Shown here piece after piece: positions 13,323 through 26,211 of a stretch of DNA of 64,000 nt. Source of the stretch: Trichoplax sp. H2 (lineage: Eukaryota); NCBI GenBank assembly GCA_003344405.1, contig NOWV01000266.1, forward strand, positions 1-64,000, in the 5' to 3' direction. The notes below the pieces were generated by a model, which did no database searches, was not told the origin of the DNA, and saw only the letters and a list, made by a program, of their open reading frames with translations. Every line of letters begins with the position of its first letter. Positions within the stretch are counted from its first letter, which is position 1. Both the position numbers and the translations under genes were made by a program.

Positions 13323-16142
13323 TTCGCACTACACTGTACTGGCTAATTTAATCATACAGTTTACCATACCTCGTTGTATGTATATGTACGGTATATAACT
13401 TTACAAGTAGAGTTCACACGTACTTACTGTAGAATAATACTATTACTAAACAAAATACAGTACATAAATCAAAGATATCCTTTTCTGGCATCCAAGCAGA
13501 AATTTATACCGTCTGTATTTTATCTAATCTTTTAGGCTAGGCGATTTTTTAACTTGCTGAAATATTTGTACAATATTATACTTATAGAAAATTTAAAATA
13601 CTCGTAAATATAGTCAGTAAATTTTCTTTATAATTTAAAAATTGCTGTGATTTGAATTCCGCAAGTATAAAATGAACAAGACCTTGTTATTCCTGGCTTA
13701 AATCGATCATATGATTCTATAAAATAACACTAATTAATTTAAAGTTCAAAATATGTGGACCACGTGACGAAATCTAAAATACCATTTAGTATACAGCGTC
13801 ATTCACCATTATCAGCTATTGGTTAATTAATTTACGTAAACCAAAATTAAATTATTTTATAGCAGCCAGTAAGCTTCTATTCTCCGCATCTTTAATAAGT
13901 CGCTACGAGATCCTCCATGGTATACGAGTATCATAATATAAAAACTGATCTGTACAATCTCACTATTGAATGATTCCGTGATAATAGTAGGAGCCTAAAA
14001 CAGAATAGTGTAGTTCTAAAAGATCAGATTTCTGAATTGATTTTATCCACGCTGATAAACACTACAGTAGAATCACAAAAGTGGTCCACGGTATCGTAGA
14101 GACCATAAACGATGATGTAGCACAGTCTGTATACTGTTCTCTCCTAAAGGCCTTCATCACGTCGTTTAATGCAAATGTTAGAATTTCATATTATGTCCGA
14201 TAAAATATATTACCATCTCTACGTATTAAATTTACTCCCGGATTTGCCAGAGTCAGTGAACAATCTTAAAAATTTGTCCTGATCCATCGCTATTATAAAG
14301 TACATATACCCCGTTAGCTATTTCATAAGCAAGTAGTAAACTGTAGTCAAGAAAATCATGTTATATTTGATATAAAGTATTATACCAAGTGGATGTGTAC
14401 TACGAAAATACTGGTTGCTCCATAAAGAGAATACGGTATTTTACCGTAGGGAACTCTATAGTATTTCTATTACTTGGCATTCGGTAAATAACTACTAAAA
14501 AGTTATGTACCTGTATAATCATGTTTATAATTCATTAGATCGTAGTTTAGATCTGTATAGATGCGGTACATTAGTCTCTCCATTCACACAAAATGAATTG
14601 CTTAACAAAATTGAAATAACTCCAGATAAAATGTATTTTGTATCAGTCTCTATTTACGGTTATTTACGATAAGTGTTAATAGCTATAGATAATTGGATGA
14701 TTATAATTTGTCATACTTATGTCCCTGAGATCACCAATATGCAAATAATGTTCTATTGATGAACATGAAGTAGAATAGTTGAAACCTTACCAGATTTGTA
14801 CTGTAGACATATGGTTACTACAATTAAATTTCCTCAGGAAAGGGGAAAAACGGTTTGCTAGGTCATTCTGATTACTGTTGCGGGTATACTTTAGGAACTT
14901 GATCCGTAGTTCAGCCATTAATTTACTGCACTTGTCCGTTATAAGATGGGATTGACAGGAGTGATGACCCTTGTAACTCATAAAAATATAATAAAATATT
15001 ATTTTATCGCATTTCTAGTTTATACTACTGAAATAATTAGTCACACTATGCCGTATGAATATAGGGCACATACTGTGGTAGTGGCAATTGTCTTAACATC
15101 GCCTGTCCTGTAAACTACTGCTTATTACCTTGTAGTGTACGCGCCGGCATAGAACGTGGGGAATCCTAGATATCGCACAATACTATTTACGGCTTATCTA
15201 CACCTTATCTGCTGTACTAGATTAACGTACATTACAGTAGTGTAGTATTATTAGCCTTGCAACCTGTCACACAAGTTCTATGCTCTATGAAACGATTTCC
15301 TAAGTATTATTTATTTGTGATGTGTATCCGTCATACGGGAAGATACAGAAATTAATTTGACTACTTTTATGTATCCATTGCAAACATTTCTTAAAGTAAA
15401 AACAATTGCATACAGTAAACTTATTAACAATGACTCGATTTATCACAGTTTGCATTTGACTGTAGCATTAGAAGCACCTAGAATAGATGTACAAACACTT
15501 TGATGAGAATTGAAAAGTATTTATACAGAAACCATATTTAAAGTAATATGGACATTGTACTTTAGTGCACGTATTGTCGAGTTCCTCACAAGTTTAAGAA
15601 AGACCAAAACTGTTACTATTTCAAAATTTTACGATTTTTGCTATCATCAGTTTTGCAAAAAATAATATATTAGACACCCTAAGTAAACAGCTATATACCA
15701 TACGATTACATTTACAACTATCGTAATGTTTCATATAATGTCTGTACGATGATTTTGTATGTGCTTGAGTATTAAAATGAGTGTTATCAAAGCAAATCCT
15801 AAAAATGTTTAAGGATTGAATTTCTAATCAATAAATATTTCCCAATGGTTTTCAAAGGGCCATTGAGTTAAAATTAGTTTATCCTTATTAAGTACTGCAA
15901 GTACTTTGGCTGCTACACGAATATCATACTGTATATCATCCAATCATTTCCCTTTAGCATCAACTTCATGATTATAACATTTTAAATCAAATCTAGTATG
16001 CGTATCTAGATCTGAACTACGGTATAAAAATTCTTGGAAATTAATAACGATTAATACAAGCATTTTTTACTGGACAAGTGGACATGCCACCCTGCTTGTG
16101 CTGATAGCAACGACGAACATCTACTGTTTTTCCCGGAATAAA

Positions 16143-16400
16143 ATACAGTAATGTACTGTACAGTAGAACAGTACAGTAGAACAGTACAGTACTGTACTGT
16201 ATGTACTGTACAATACTGCAGGAACTGTACTGTACAGTAAAGTACAGTACAGTCTCGAACTGACGTTACAGTACGAACAGTACTGTACACTGTACAGTAC
16301 GTACTGGTAGTACAGTACAGCTCAACGAGGGGACGGAGGTCAGTGACATTTCTATAATTTGAGGGCTGTGTGCACCGTACTGTACACAGTGTACAGTGTT
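16143..16400. repeat. (TACAG)n/(CTGTA)n pentamer array upstream of PSD/EFA6
   Basis: Dense tacag/gtact/tgtaca units in both orientations, e.g. gtacagtacagtactgtactgt. Confidence 0.85.
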
Positions 16401-16705
16401 ATGTAACAGGGTCAGATCACATATTACTGTACTAACTGGTATTTTACTTTTGCATAATTTATTTATTTATTTTATTTTAATTAATTCACTATTAACAGGC
16501 ACTGCTATTAAGGTTGATTAATAATTAATAACTTTACAGTTAGAAAATATTAGCAGCTTGTCCCGTGTTGATCCCTCAGTACTGTACATATTTTTTTCGT
16601 AATTGATCATATTAATCTTTATTCCTTGGTTCTCTATCGTGGCCGCTACCGCCACCTACAAACTGAAAAATGCAGTAAAGACTTAAAGTGTCTGAACAAC
16701 ATAGC

Positions 16706-19700
16706 ATGGTTGATACAAAGTTCATCACATTGTATCGACAACCAGGAATTGGATTCGGATTCAATGTCATAAGGCGAAAGGGTCGACCACTCGCAATTTG
16801 TATGGTGCTAGATGGAGGACCTGCGAAAGAAAGTGGCCAGGTTAATATAATTTAACTGTAAATATTCTAAATATGTAAATATCATTCGTTATTCCTCAAT
16901 ACATTAGTGCCTGTACGCACTGGTTATATTATACTGTACGAGTATATACAGTATAGTACAGTATATTCTTATTTTTTATTTATCAATAATTATCGTGAGG
17001 GTATCAAGGCCTTCAGAGTTTTGGCGATGCAATGACTGCAGTACTTATAATGAGTGTTACTAGCATCTACAAGACTACGACTATCTAGCTACAGTTCAAC
17101 AAACAAAACACCTTTCAGCATTCATTTAACTGTCAATATGAATCTGTGAAGTATTTTGCCTTTTATTTATCGCAACAATTGTTAATATAGTTTTATAGTT
17201 CCATTTGATTTACATTACTTGTCATTTTGTTCATGTACTGTACGAAAAAAATTGCTGCAATGTTACAGAGCTATCAACTCTGCTGAAACTACAGAGTACT
17301 GTACTGCACTAGTACTGCAATAAGTTCTAACGAATTAATTTCTACATATATAAATTTCTCGTGTACTCAAATTAGAAAGGTGCATGCCATCAACTACGCA
17401 CTGTAATTCGATTAATTTAATATACATTACGACTTAAAAAATCTCAAGACTTCATTTGTAAGTTCAAAGTTAAGTCATATTTTGTAGCGTAGTAGCCTAT
17501 CATACAAGAGGGTGAGCGTAGGCACATGGCCGCACTGCCCTAATTCACTATTACTGTACTTTAAATGTAGCAGAGTACGACACGAAATTTAATTCAACTG
17601 TAAATTATGTTATCGTGATGTCCTTCTACTATAAATTATACCAATGCAACGGTTTTAGTCCATCTTATGCTATTCGTTTGCAGAAGGGATTAACATTGAT
17701 CCGCAGAAAGCTTTTAATGAGTGTAGTCCCTGAGCTATGTAATTTGTATCATATGACAATATACTGTACAGTACTACGGTTAAATCACTAATGAACTAAT
17801 AATAAAAAATTTCCCTTGAGAGTAATTACATCGCTCACTAAGAAGTATCTAGAAACGGTTTCCAGTTTTATCTGACAATGAGCCAGTTAGCATGTTTATG
17901 TCTACACTTCATAATCTTACAAAGCCTTCTGCAATCAAAATGCAGTTAGCAAAATCAGCTTGGTTTAGCTGACTGCGAGCTCGTAAAATGCAGTGTACGG
18001 TATTAAAGTTCTGAAGATTACAGAAGTAAATTTATTTCTAATGTAGTAAAGTAAATCTACACCTGCCAAACGTTGACTTTAGTTACTGCATACCGTACAG
18101 TTGTACTGTACATCATAATTAATCACTTGATTTATGAGTTTGACTTGAAATTTCTATAATTCCTTGTGTTGCTAATTTACTACATGATATAGATACCGCG
18201 AAATAACCGCATTTCTTTATATATTAATGAATTTATTGACAATTACAGACTTATGAAACAATTATATGCACATATGCAATGTAGGTTGGTGTCGGCGATA
18301 TCGTAGTCAGTATTAACGGTAAGGATGTATCGGAAATGCTTACAGGTGAAGGTACGTACGGGTATATCTGTCTAGGAAGATCAATTATGGTTCCAATCAG
18401 TTTAGCTTTACTGACCAACTCTAAGTTTATAACGCACATATTCCACTCGTACATGTGCATTACCGATGATATTGATGTTTGTATTGTAATAGTATGGAAA
18501 TTAAAACCTATTCCTCTTCTGATATTTATTAGCAATATCTTACATCAAACACTGCAATGAGAAAGTGGACTTGGAGCTCATACCCAACAACGGTAAACGA
18601 AAAATAATAATTTATGGACATATGTTGTATAACAGCTTCTAAGCTTGTTGCACTTACGAAATTAGTTTTATTGGCTACAGAATGCGGCATGCTAATGGAA
18701 CTTAAATTTCTCATGCATCTTTCTAAAAACTAGATGCCTCACATATGGGTCAAAATACTCCAAGCGATAGTATTTTACTATCATCTTTGCAATCTGGTTC
18801 TGAATCCGGATTTACAGATAAAGAAGCTCAGAAACATATATCTCAGATTTCTACAATTGACACTTCTGTTGTCTCGACAAATAATCAACTCCAAAACAAA
18901 ACATCAAATAGCTTACACGAAAGCTATACAAGTCCACAAAAATGTATGTGCGTACCTGAGCTAGTAACTTTGCCTCAAAATATCATTAAGGGAAGTAGAA
19001 AGACTAATAACTTTAATTTAGATGTAGATAACACATTAGACTGGACCATTGATTTCGCCGAAGAATGTGTGAAACCTAATGTGGGAAACCAAATCGAATG
19101 TGAATCTGACTCAAAGAGCGGTAGAGTAAATAATTCTGGGAAAAATATTTCAAAATTTATGCAAGATCCTGTGATGCAAAATAATAGATTAGATAGCTTA
19201 AGCCGCGATATTTATTCGAAACAAATCGTATCGGTCGATAGTGGACTGTCTATGGAAAATCCCGGTAGTGATTTCAATAATTACGGAAGAGCTTGTAGTA
19301 AAGACGACGATCTAGTCTGGATTAAGGTTTCTGGCATAAAAAAGACCACGTCAGCTGCGTCACTGAAGAACAGGACAATTGTTCGCCGAAGTCTTCGAGA
19401 TTCGAGTTTAAATCACATATGTAATAACCCATGTGAAGGCCAAGGCAACCCTAGTCATTTGAAGGAGATTATATTGAACAATGCCTATGATACAACAGAA
19501 TATCACAGGATTACTACCGCTGACAATACTAAAATAGATAAACTATCATGCGAATCTAATACTTCTATCCTGAAAGGTGCACCTGTTGACAGTTACGTTG
19601 ACGATCTTGCTCAAAAAATGTACAATCTTGACGGTTATGATGTCAACGATATTGCCAAGAATATTAATGGAAAGTAAGCACCTATGGCCCCGACCATACG

Positions 19701-22700
19701 TATATCCATTACTGATGCTGACTGTAAATACTTGTTGATCTAGTTATATTAATATCACATAAGAGTCAAATATCGGCATTGCTTTTACATAGTCCTTATA
19801 CAGAATTTTATCATACATACATACATATACCGTATTCCTTCTAGATCTGAATATGCACGCAAACTTGGCTCGGCGTATCTGGGGCTTTACAACTTCAAAG
19901 GAGAGCGCATAGATAATAGTCTGAGGTTAGTCCTTTGAAAAACTTTTTTTACAAAATTAAATTGCTAATATTTAAATTTTGTCCGATCTAAGATCTTTAT
20001 TAAAAAGAATGACAATTACTGGAGAAACACAAGATCGGGAACGAGTTTTGCAACATTTTTCACGACGTTATTACGAAGATAATCCGACCGTTTTCGATTC
20101 TGAAGGTTATAGTGTTTTTAATATAAATATACAAGTTGTATAATAAAATAATGTATAAGAAATGTTCGTAAACAATGGTTCGGCTATCAATTCGAAATAA
20201 GACTAGTTTTCTACTTGAAATCATGGAATGTCTTATATTCTCTACAGATCAAGTTCATACCATTGCTTGTGCGTTGATGTTGTTAAACTCCGATCTTCAT
20301 GGAGAGGTAAGCAACTTGTACATTTCGAAATAGTTATGGAATCTTAAGGGTTAAATAGTTTTGAACAGTCTTTTGTGCGAACTTTATCATTGTGATCCTA
20401 TTTTGCAAGATTTTGGAATTATTTTTGTATAGAATATTGGTAAGAAAATGACGTTTAACGATTTTGTGAAGAATTTACCTGTACCGAAAAAAAATTCTAG
20501 CTTAGGTAGAGACATTCTTAAGGTAAGACTTAAATATGTAAGAAAGATGTAAATTTTGTGCAACTATGTACGCTTACATTAGTCCAAGCAAAATTGGTTT
20601 TATGAATATTTAAAATGCTTGCTTACCACATAACAGTAGGATATTGGAGTACATACTGACATATTAGTTTCACAATAGGAATTATACTATTCCGTTAAAG
20701 AAAGCAAGTTGGAATGGGCATTGTAAGTTAATTCGAAGTAATTTAATCACTAATGTAAGAACTAAATAGTATTAATCATATAACAGGAATAAAGACAATA
20801 TAGCAGATGTACTGGGCATTGACGATACAGTAGCACCGGCGAAACCGGATATGGTCTGATATTTTATGATGTCTTTGAAACTTCTAAATATGCTGCACTT
20901 GAGTTGCGTTTTCATAAGTGCATATATTTAATACCCATAGGCTATCGGCAATATTACATTTAAGGAAGGACAATTAAGATGCAAATTTACTGAAAGCACT
21001 GATGGAAGAAGGCGAAGTAAGTTAAAATATGCAATGCTTTCGGCCTCAAAATGTGACTTACTGTTAGTGTAGTGTATTTAGATGGCACTGTAGCTCTTAA
21101 CATCCCAAAGCCTCCCTCCCTTGAAAACTCTCGGCTTTTTATACCCTCGAAGGCAGATTATTAACACTCCAAACCCCCCTTCCCTCAAAAACTCTCGGCT
21201 TTTTATACCCTCGACAGCAGATTATACCGTAAGGTGTCTGCTGAATCTACAGTAAGCCTTCCTAACATCCTAAAACCTCCCTCCTTAAAAATTCGGCTTC
21301 TAAACTTTCGACGGCAGATTAGACCGTAAAGTGTCTACAGAATCTACAGTAAGCCTTCCTAACATCCCAAAACCTCCCTTCTTAAAAACTCTCGGCTTTT
21401 ATACTTTCGACGGCAAATTATACCGTAGGGTGTCTTCAGAATCTACGGTAAGCCTTCGTAATGCTAGAAAGTCCTTACCATTGTGATTCTTCCCTAAAAT
21501 CTTAATATAGCTATTGGATGTCATACTGCAGGTACCGCACTAATCTTAGCACTTTTGAAATGTCGGTTATGGACTGTATACTCAGTGTACAGTACAAGCA
21601 GTGGTACAGTGTTCCTTCTTCAGTAGCCTTTGGTATATTCTGTTTATACAAATTGCATGGACTAGTATTCTTAAATACAGGCATTTAATAATTATTCTTA
21701 ATATAGATATCTTTACAGTCTATTTCGGCTATACTCAAATATATTTTGCTATGTTTAGTTATTTATAACACCTACAGTCTTCGCTATTTCCTACAATTAT
21801 TTGCTATGTTGTTTATTATGATATATATCGTATCTAATTCTACAATCCTGTTGTCTACAAGTATTCTGTTTCAAAGGCTATTAATACCGATGATTTCTGT
21901 TTCAGATTTGTTAGTTGCACTTGTTAGTGTTAGTATCTACGCACAGTACTTTACAACAGCTTACCACTAATCTAGCAGTAACTATCACACTGTACCCAGT
22001 TACTATCTACAATGAAGTATCCGATTTCTAATAAAACCCCTCGTGTAATTCTGTGAATGGCTACTAAAGCTACATCCACTGACTCTCCGAACCCTCCATC
22101 ACAGTTAGCTAAAATAATAATTGCACGAAACCGTATTTTGTATCTTGAATAGGTAAATTAAAAGGAAGAAAATGGAAACAAAGATATCTGAGTTTACGCG
22201 GAACTACCTTGTATATTTTGAAGGTCAGACTAGGCTATGTTGTAAATTCAACCTTAACGTCTCTTTTAAGTAATATAATATTACCGAATAAGGAGATTAC
22301 ACAATATATGCAACAAAACGGAGAAAATTTAATTAAAACGTAATCGGTAGTTATCATGGTAGTTAGGCAGCTCTAATTAGAATGCTACCCAAATTTTGTT
22401 CCTTACCATTGCTCAGTATGTTCCTAACGGACAATACGAGTAGAAGTTAGATTAATTACACCTAGAACAACTGTAAACCTCATTAGATACATATTGACTG
22501 GACCTATACTGTACACAGAACTACTCAACGACGGAAATTGGCTCAAATGAAGCAGATTCTATTAGCCTACTTCATGCCTATGCTCTTAGATGTTCCGATT
22601 ATAAAGGTCATAAAAGGGATAATATATTCAAACTGACTACTTCCGACTGGAAGACATTTCTATTTGAAGCCGCGTAAGTCAAGCATGAATATAAAATTAT

Positions 22701-23795
22701 CGATTGTAGCAGCTCAGCCAGTGCTTTATCTCTTCTGAGCACCAGTATATTATAGTAAAAATGCATCTGGATATTCAACACAGAAACGAATTAGAATTGG
22801 AACAGTGGTTGTTATCTGTTAATGTTATCGCTGCACGATATTCCTCGCCACCCTTACTGGGCGGTGTCGGTAACAGGTACTGATTCAGAATTACTAGATT
22901 ACCAAAATAAGTTAGATAATTATAATTGAGAATACTATCACCGTATTGCGTATTTTCCAGTAAGAAGTTTGTCAGGCCGATGCTCCCGATCATATCAAGT
23001 ACCCTCAGCACCGTAAGTTTAGGCTAGTTGGAGCAAAATTACTTCTTGAAATTTTACACCGACATATGTTTGTGTGAAGGTGTATTACTCACTGTAAACG
23101 TCAGTACTGTATTTGGTAACAGCTCTAACACGATTGAATTTGAAATTGCGCTATAATCGCTACTTTACTTAGAGATAAATTACCCATTGTATATTAATTA
23201 TACACTATAAAGCATTTCGATGACATTCGCTAAACAGGTGGTATTATTTTAGGTGCAGCAATTGGATCGCCATCGACTTACGGTACTGCATCTGGGTATC
23301 CAAGTACTCTTATGTTTTAGCATACTTAAGGATGCGGTTTTATGTATGATAAAAATCTTCTATTTAAATAAATATGCAGCGATCATCACTTCAGTTGCAA
23401 CTGGAAGAGCTTTATGATGCTCCTGCTTCATCAAGAGATCGATCACAACAGGTAATTAAATGCAGTTATATTAATATATAGATTTATTCCGCATATCTGC
23501 TAATATTTGTATTTGTGCAAGAAGGTTTATAATATCGAGAAGCAGAAATATTTGCGATTTGAGGCAAGTCCTACTGTACCGTAATGCGTTTAGCATTTGT
23601 TAGCTGTTATAAATGTCCATATATAGCGTCATTAAAATTCACTATACGTACGAATATAACTGATTAAAGTTCGCTGTATTATAGATTGATCGAATCAATA
23701 CCTACATACTCTGCCTAACCAAAAAAAATCTTAAGATGGATCGGCTTCTTGCTAAGATCTTGAATGATGAAGCTACTGATTCTTTAAGAATTTAG
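16706..23795 (+). CDS. PSD: PDZ-Sec7-PH-coiled-coil Arf6 guanine nucleotide exchange factor (PSD/EFA6 family)
   Basis: PDZ exons 16706-16840 ([30 protein letters not shown]), 18285-18351 ([10 protein letters not shown]) and 18533-18592. Long low-complexity exon 18734-19673. Sec7 exons ([29 protein letters not shown]). PH exons ([45 protein letters not shown]). Last exon ends ..DSLRI-TAG at 23795. Confidence 0.88.
21097..21460. repeat. Intronic diverged tandem repeat, ~100-bp unit (one partial ~64-bp unit plus three near-full units)
   Basis: Recurring taacatcc(c/t)aaa..ctccct..aaaa.ctcggctt...tcga.ggcagatta.accgta..gtgtct...gaatctac.gtaagccttc in a PSD intron. Confidence 0.85.
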
Positions 23796-26211
23796 CATAT
23801 ATCGGAAACGGATGCGAAATATCGTTAATGTTTTATTGAAAATTGTGCGTCATATACACGAGTAAATCATATTCCCTGAGTATAACGTTAATCATTAATA
23901 AACAACTATCGCAAAATCTCTGTAATGGTTATAGAGGATTTGCAACCATATCGTAATGAATTATAAATCATTTGCATACTTTAAGGTTACCTAAATGACG
24001 TTTGATTTATGATTTATTTGATTCCTAGGAAAACAGCAGATTAAATTTAACTTCTGTAGTTGGGTTATCAACCTTTCAGATCCATGAAATGGTGTTCATA
24101 TAAATTATTTTTATTTTTGAACCCAGAACTTCCACTACATTCAGTAATATGAAGTTTACTGATACTTTTAAACTTATAATGATTTCATACAGCCAATACA
24201 TACGTCGCTATAATAACTCTTTACTCTATAATTTATAATGCTGGCACAGAAAACTTAAATCCCATAGATAGCATTAGTAGTATCTATACACTTCATTTAT
24301 TGCTTAATTATTTGCCAATATGATTCTGGTTTTGATTTCATAGTATATAAGATTGGCCTCACTAGTGATGTAAATAGGAATTGTCATACATTGCGCTACA
24401 TTCATTAACCTCCAATAAGTAAGCAAGCTGAAAACTGTTGATCTACGAATGCTAAACGGTCAATAAAGATCACTCACTCAGCGAAATCTCTTTACGTGTG
24501 ATTTACTATTATTGAAATTCATTAAAATGAAATAGCTAATTTATTTCCTGTTATGTAGTCTCATGAACCCATTCCAACTCAGAATAGCCATAGCCTTAAC
24601 ATGCACTTCGTATTAATTACGGACATACACCATACTAATATATTGGAAACTTGGTAAGAGTAATTGCGACCACTTCACGTATTAATCTTCACAATATTAT
24701 AAAATTGGTAAGAAATCAGGTAGCCTTAAGTCTATAAATTTTCTATCCCTTATGAACATCGTTGTTGGATTGCTGGATTGTTTGGTATTTATATGAAAGG
24801 TGAACGTACAGTAGGTGTACGCTTTGATAATATTTTCATATTTTGCTTTAAGGCCGTCATTTTTACCTTCCTTACCCTAGGTTGAACATTCCCATAAATT
24901 TGTACAAGTATCAGTATACTTATAGGGTATTATTTCATGAGATTTCAAACTACTAACGGACTGCGACAGCAATAGAGGGGGGCTGGTGCATTTACTTAGT
25001 GTTCTGACGTTTTATTTGAAATAGAAACTTGATGAAATTACGATAGTCAATATTTTCCATTCACATCGAAAAGCAAGTCTTAGAAACATCTCATAAGAAT
25101 TTGTACTTAAATACAGAATAATAATAATACCCTAATAGCAAAGGTGATTCAGCAGGCCGGCTTCGATATTAGGTATAGTGGATTGCATCGGAGTCAAATG
25201 TCACTCTGAACTTTGACCGATATTTTAGCATGAAATACTACTGCATGCTGCTATTTTGTGCAAGACATATGTACATTTCAATAAAATACGAAAGACGAGA
25301 TTCCTGGTATAATAAATACACTAAGTCCTTGTCACAATTTTAGGCTTTGTTTAATTAATCCGTTCTGTATTACACATACCAACAATACTGCCGTATGTTC
25401 GAACAATACAAAATGTTACGTCCAGCACTCCCTAATACTGTATTAGGTGTTGACTTGCAAGATATAAAAGTACTTTATTGGGAAAACCCATTAACGACCA
25501 TACAACATATACGCGTATGTATAACCTATATATACCATTAGGCTAAATTTACAACACAGGGAACAATTAGGATGCAATTATACAATTACCCCCATATTCT
25601 CCTTTAATGATTAGCAAATTGTATCAATACATACATTACATACAGTATAGTACTGTAGTATTCACATTTTGTAGTTGCGAGGACAGTATTCTGACATAGC
25701 TATACATAATACACAAGCGTATATAGGATATATAATTTAATTTTTCTGTATATTCTTTTTTTACATTAAGCATACGAGCACCAACAGTTCCGATTATGCT
25801 TCATCCGAATTTAAATAATTATGAACAAATAGATGTCACGGCTACTGTACTTCCTTATACAAATTTATAGAAATTTCAGGACATACGTATATGGATATAC
25901 TTCAATAAATATCGTAGTAACCCTCTCTATTATTACATCTGTATAATTACTTTGGAAAAAATTTCATTTACAATTCACTATGAATCAATATCAAAGCACA
26001 CTCTCAATGCTCGCAAAACTTATTATTACTTATATTTTCAAGATATACAATATTTGCATAGCTTTATTTATAAATATTGCAAAGTTATGTTTTTCGAAAA
26101 CGAACTTTTGGATAAGTCAAACAGATACCTAAATTCTCTGTATGCTCAGATACGCCTAAGCAATTATTTGATTCTCTCAATCTTTTGTATCTTCTACTGC
26201 AACGACATTAA

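Noticed and set aside
14787..15150. Extra gene or upstream exons between the aGPCR and PSD
   Set aside because: Donor-like sites exist on the minus strand but no recognisable protein; at most untranslated exons, which the sequence alone cannot support.
16051..16290. ORFs rich in YSTVQ/TVLYC (also 35335, 35812, 35981, 43624, 44253, 58969)
   Set aside because: These are translations of TACAG pentamer arrays, not proteins.
21097..21460. CRISPR-like array
   Set aside because: The units are diverged tandem copies without unique spacers, inside a eukaryotic intron.
23800..26200. Hidden gene between the convergent PSD and RAPGEF ends
   Set aside because: Only isolated exon-like fragments with no coherent frame or homology; consistent with 3' UTRs.
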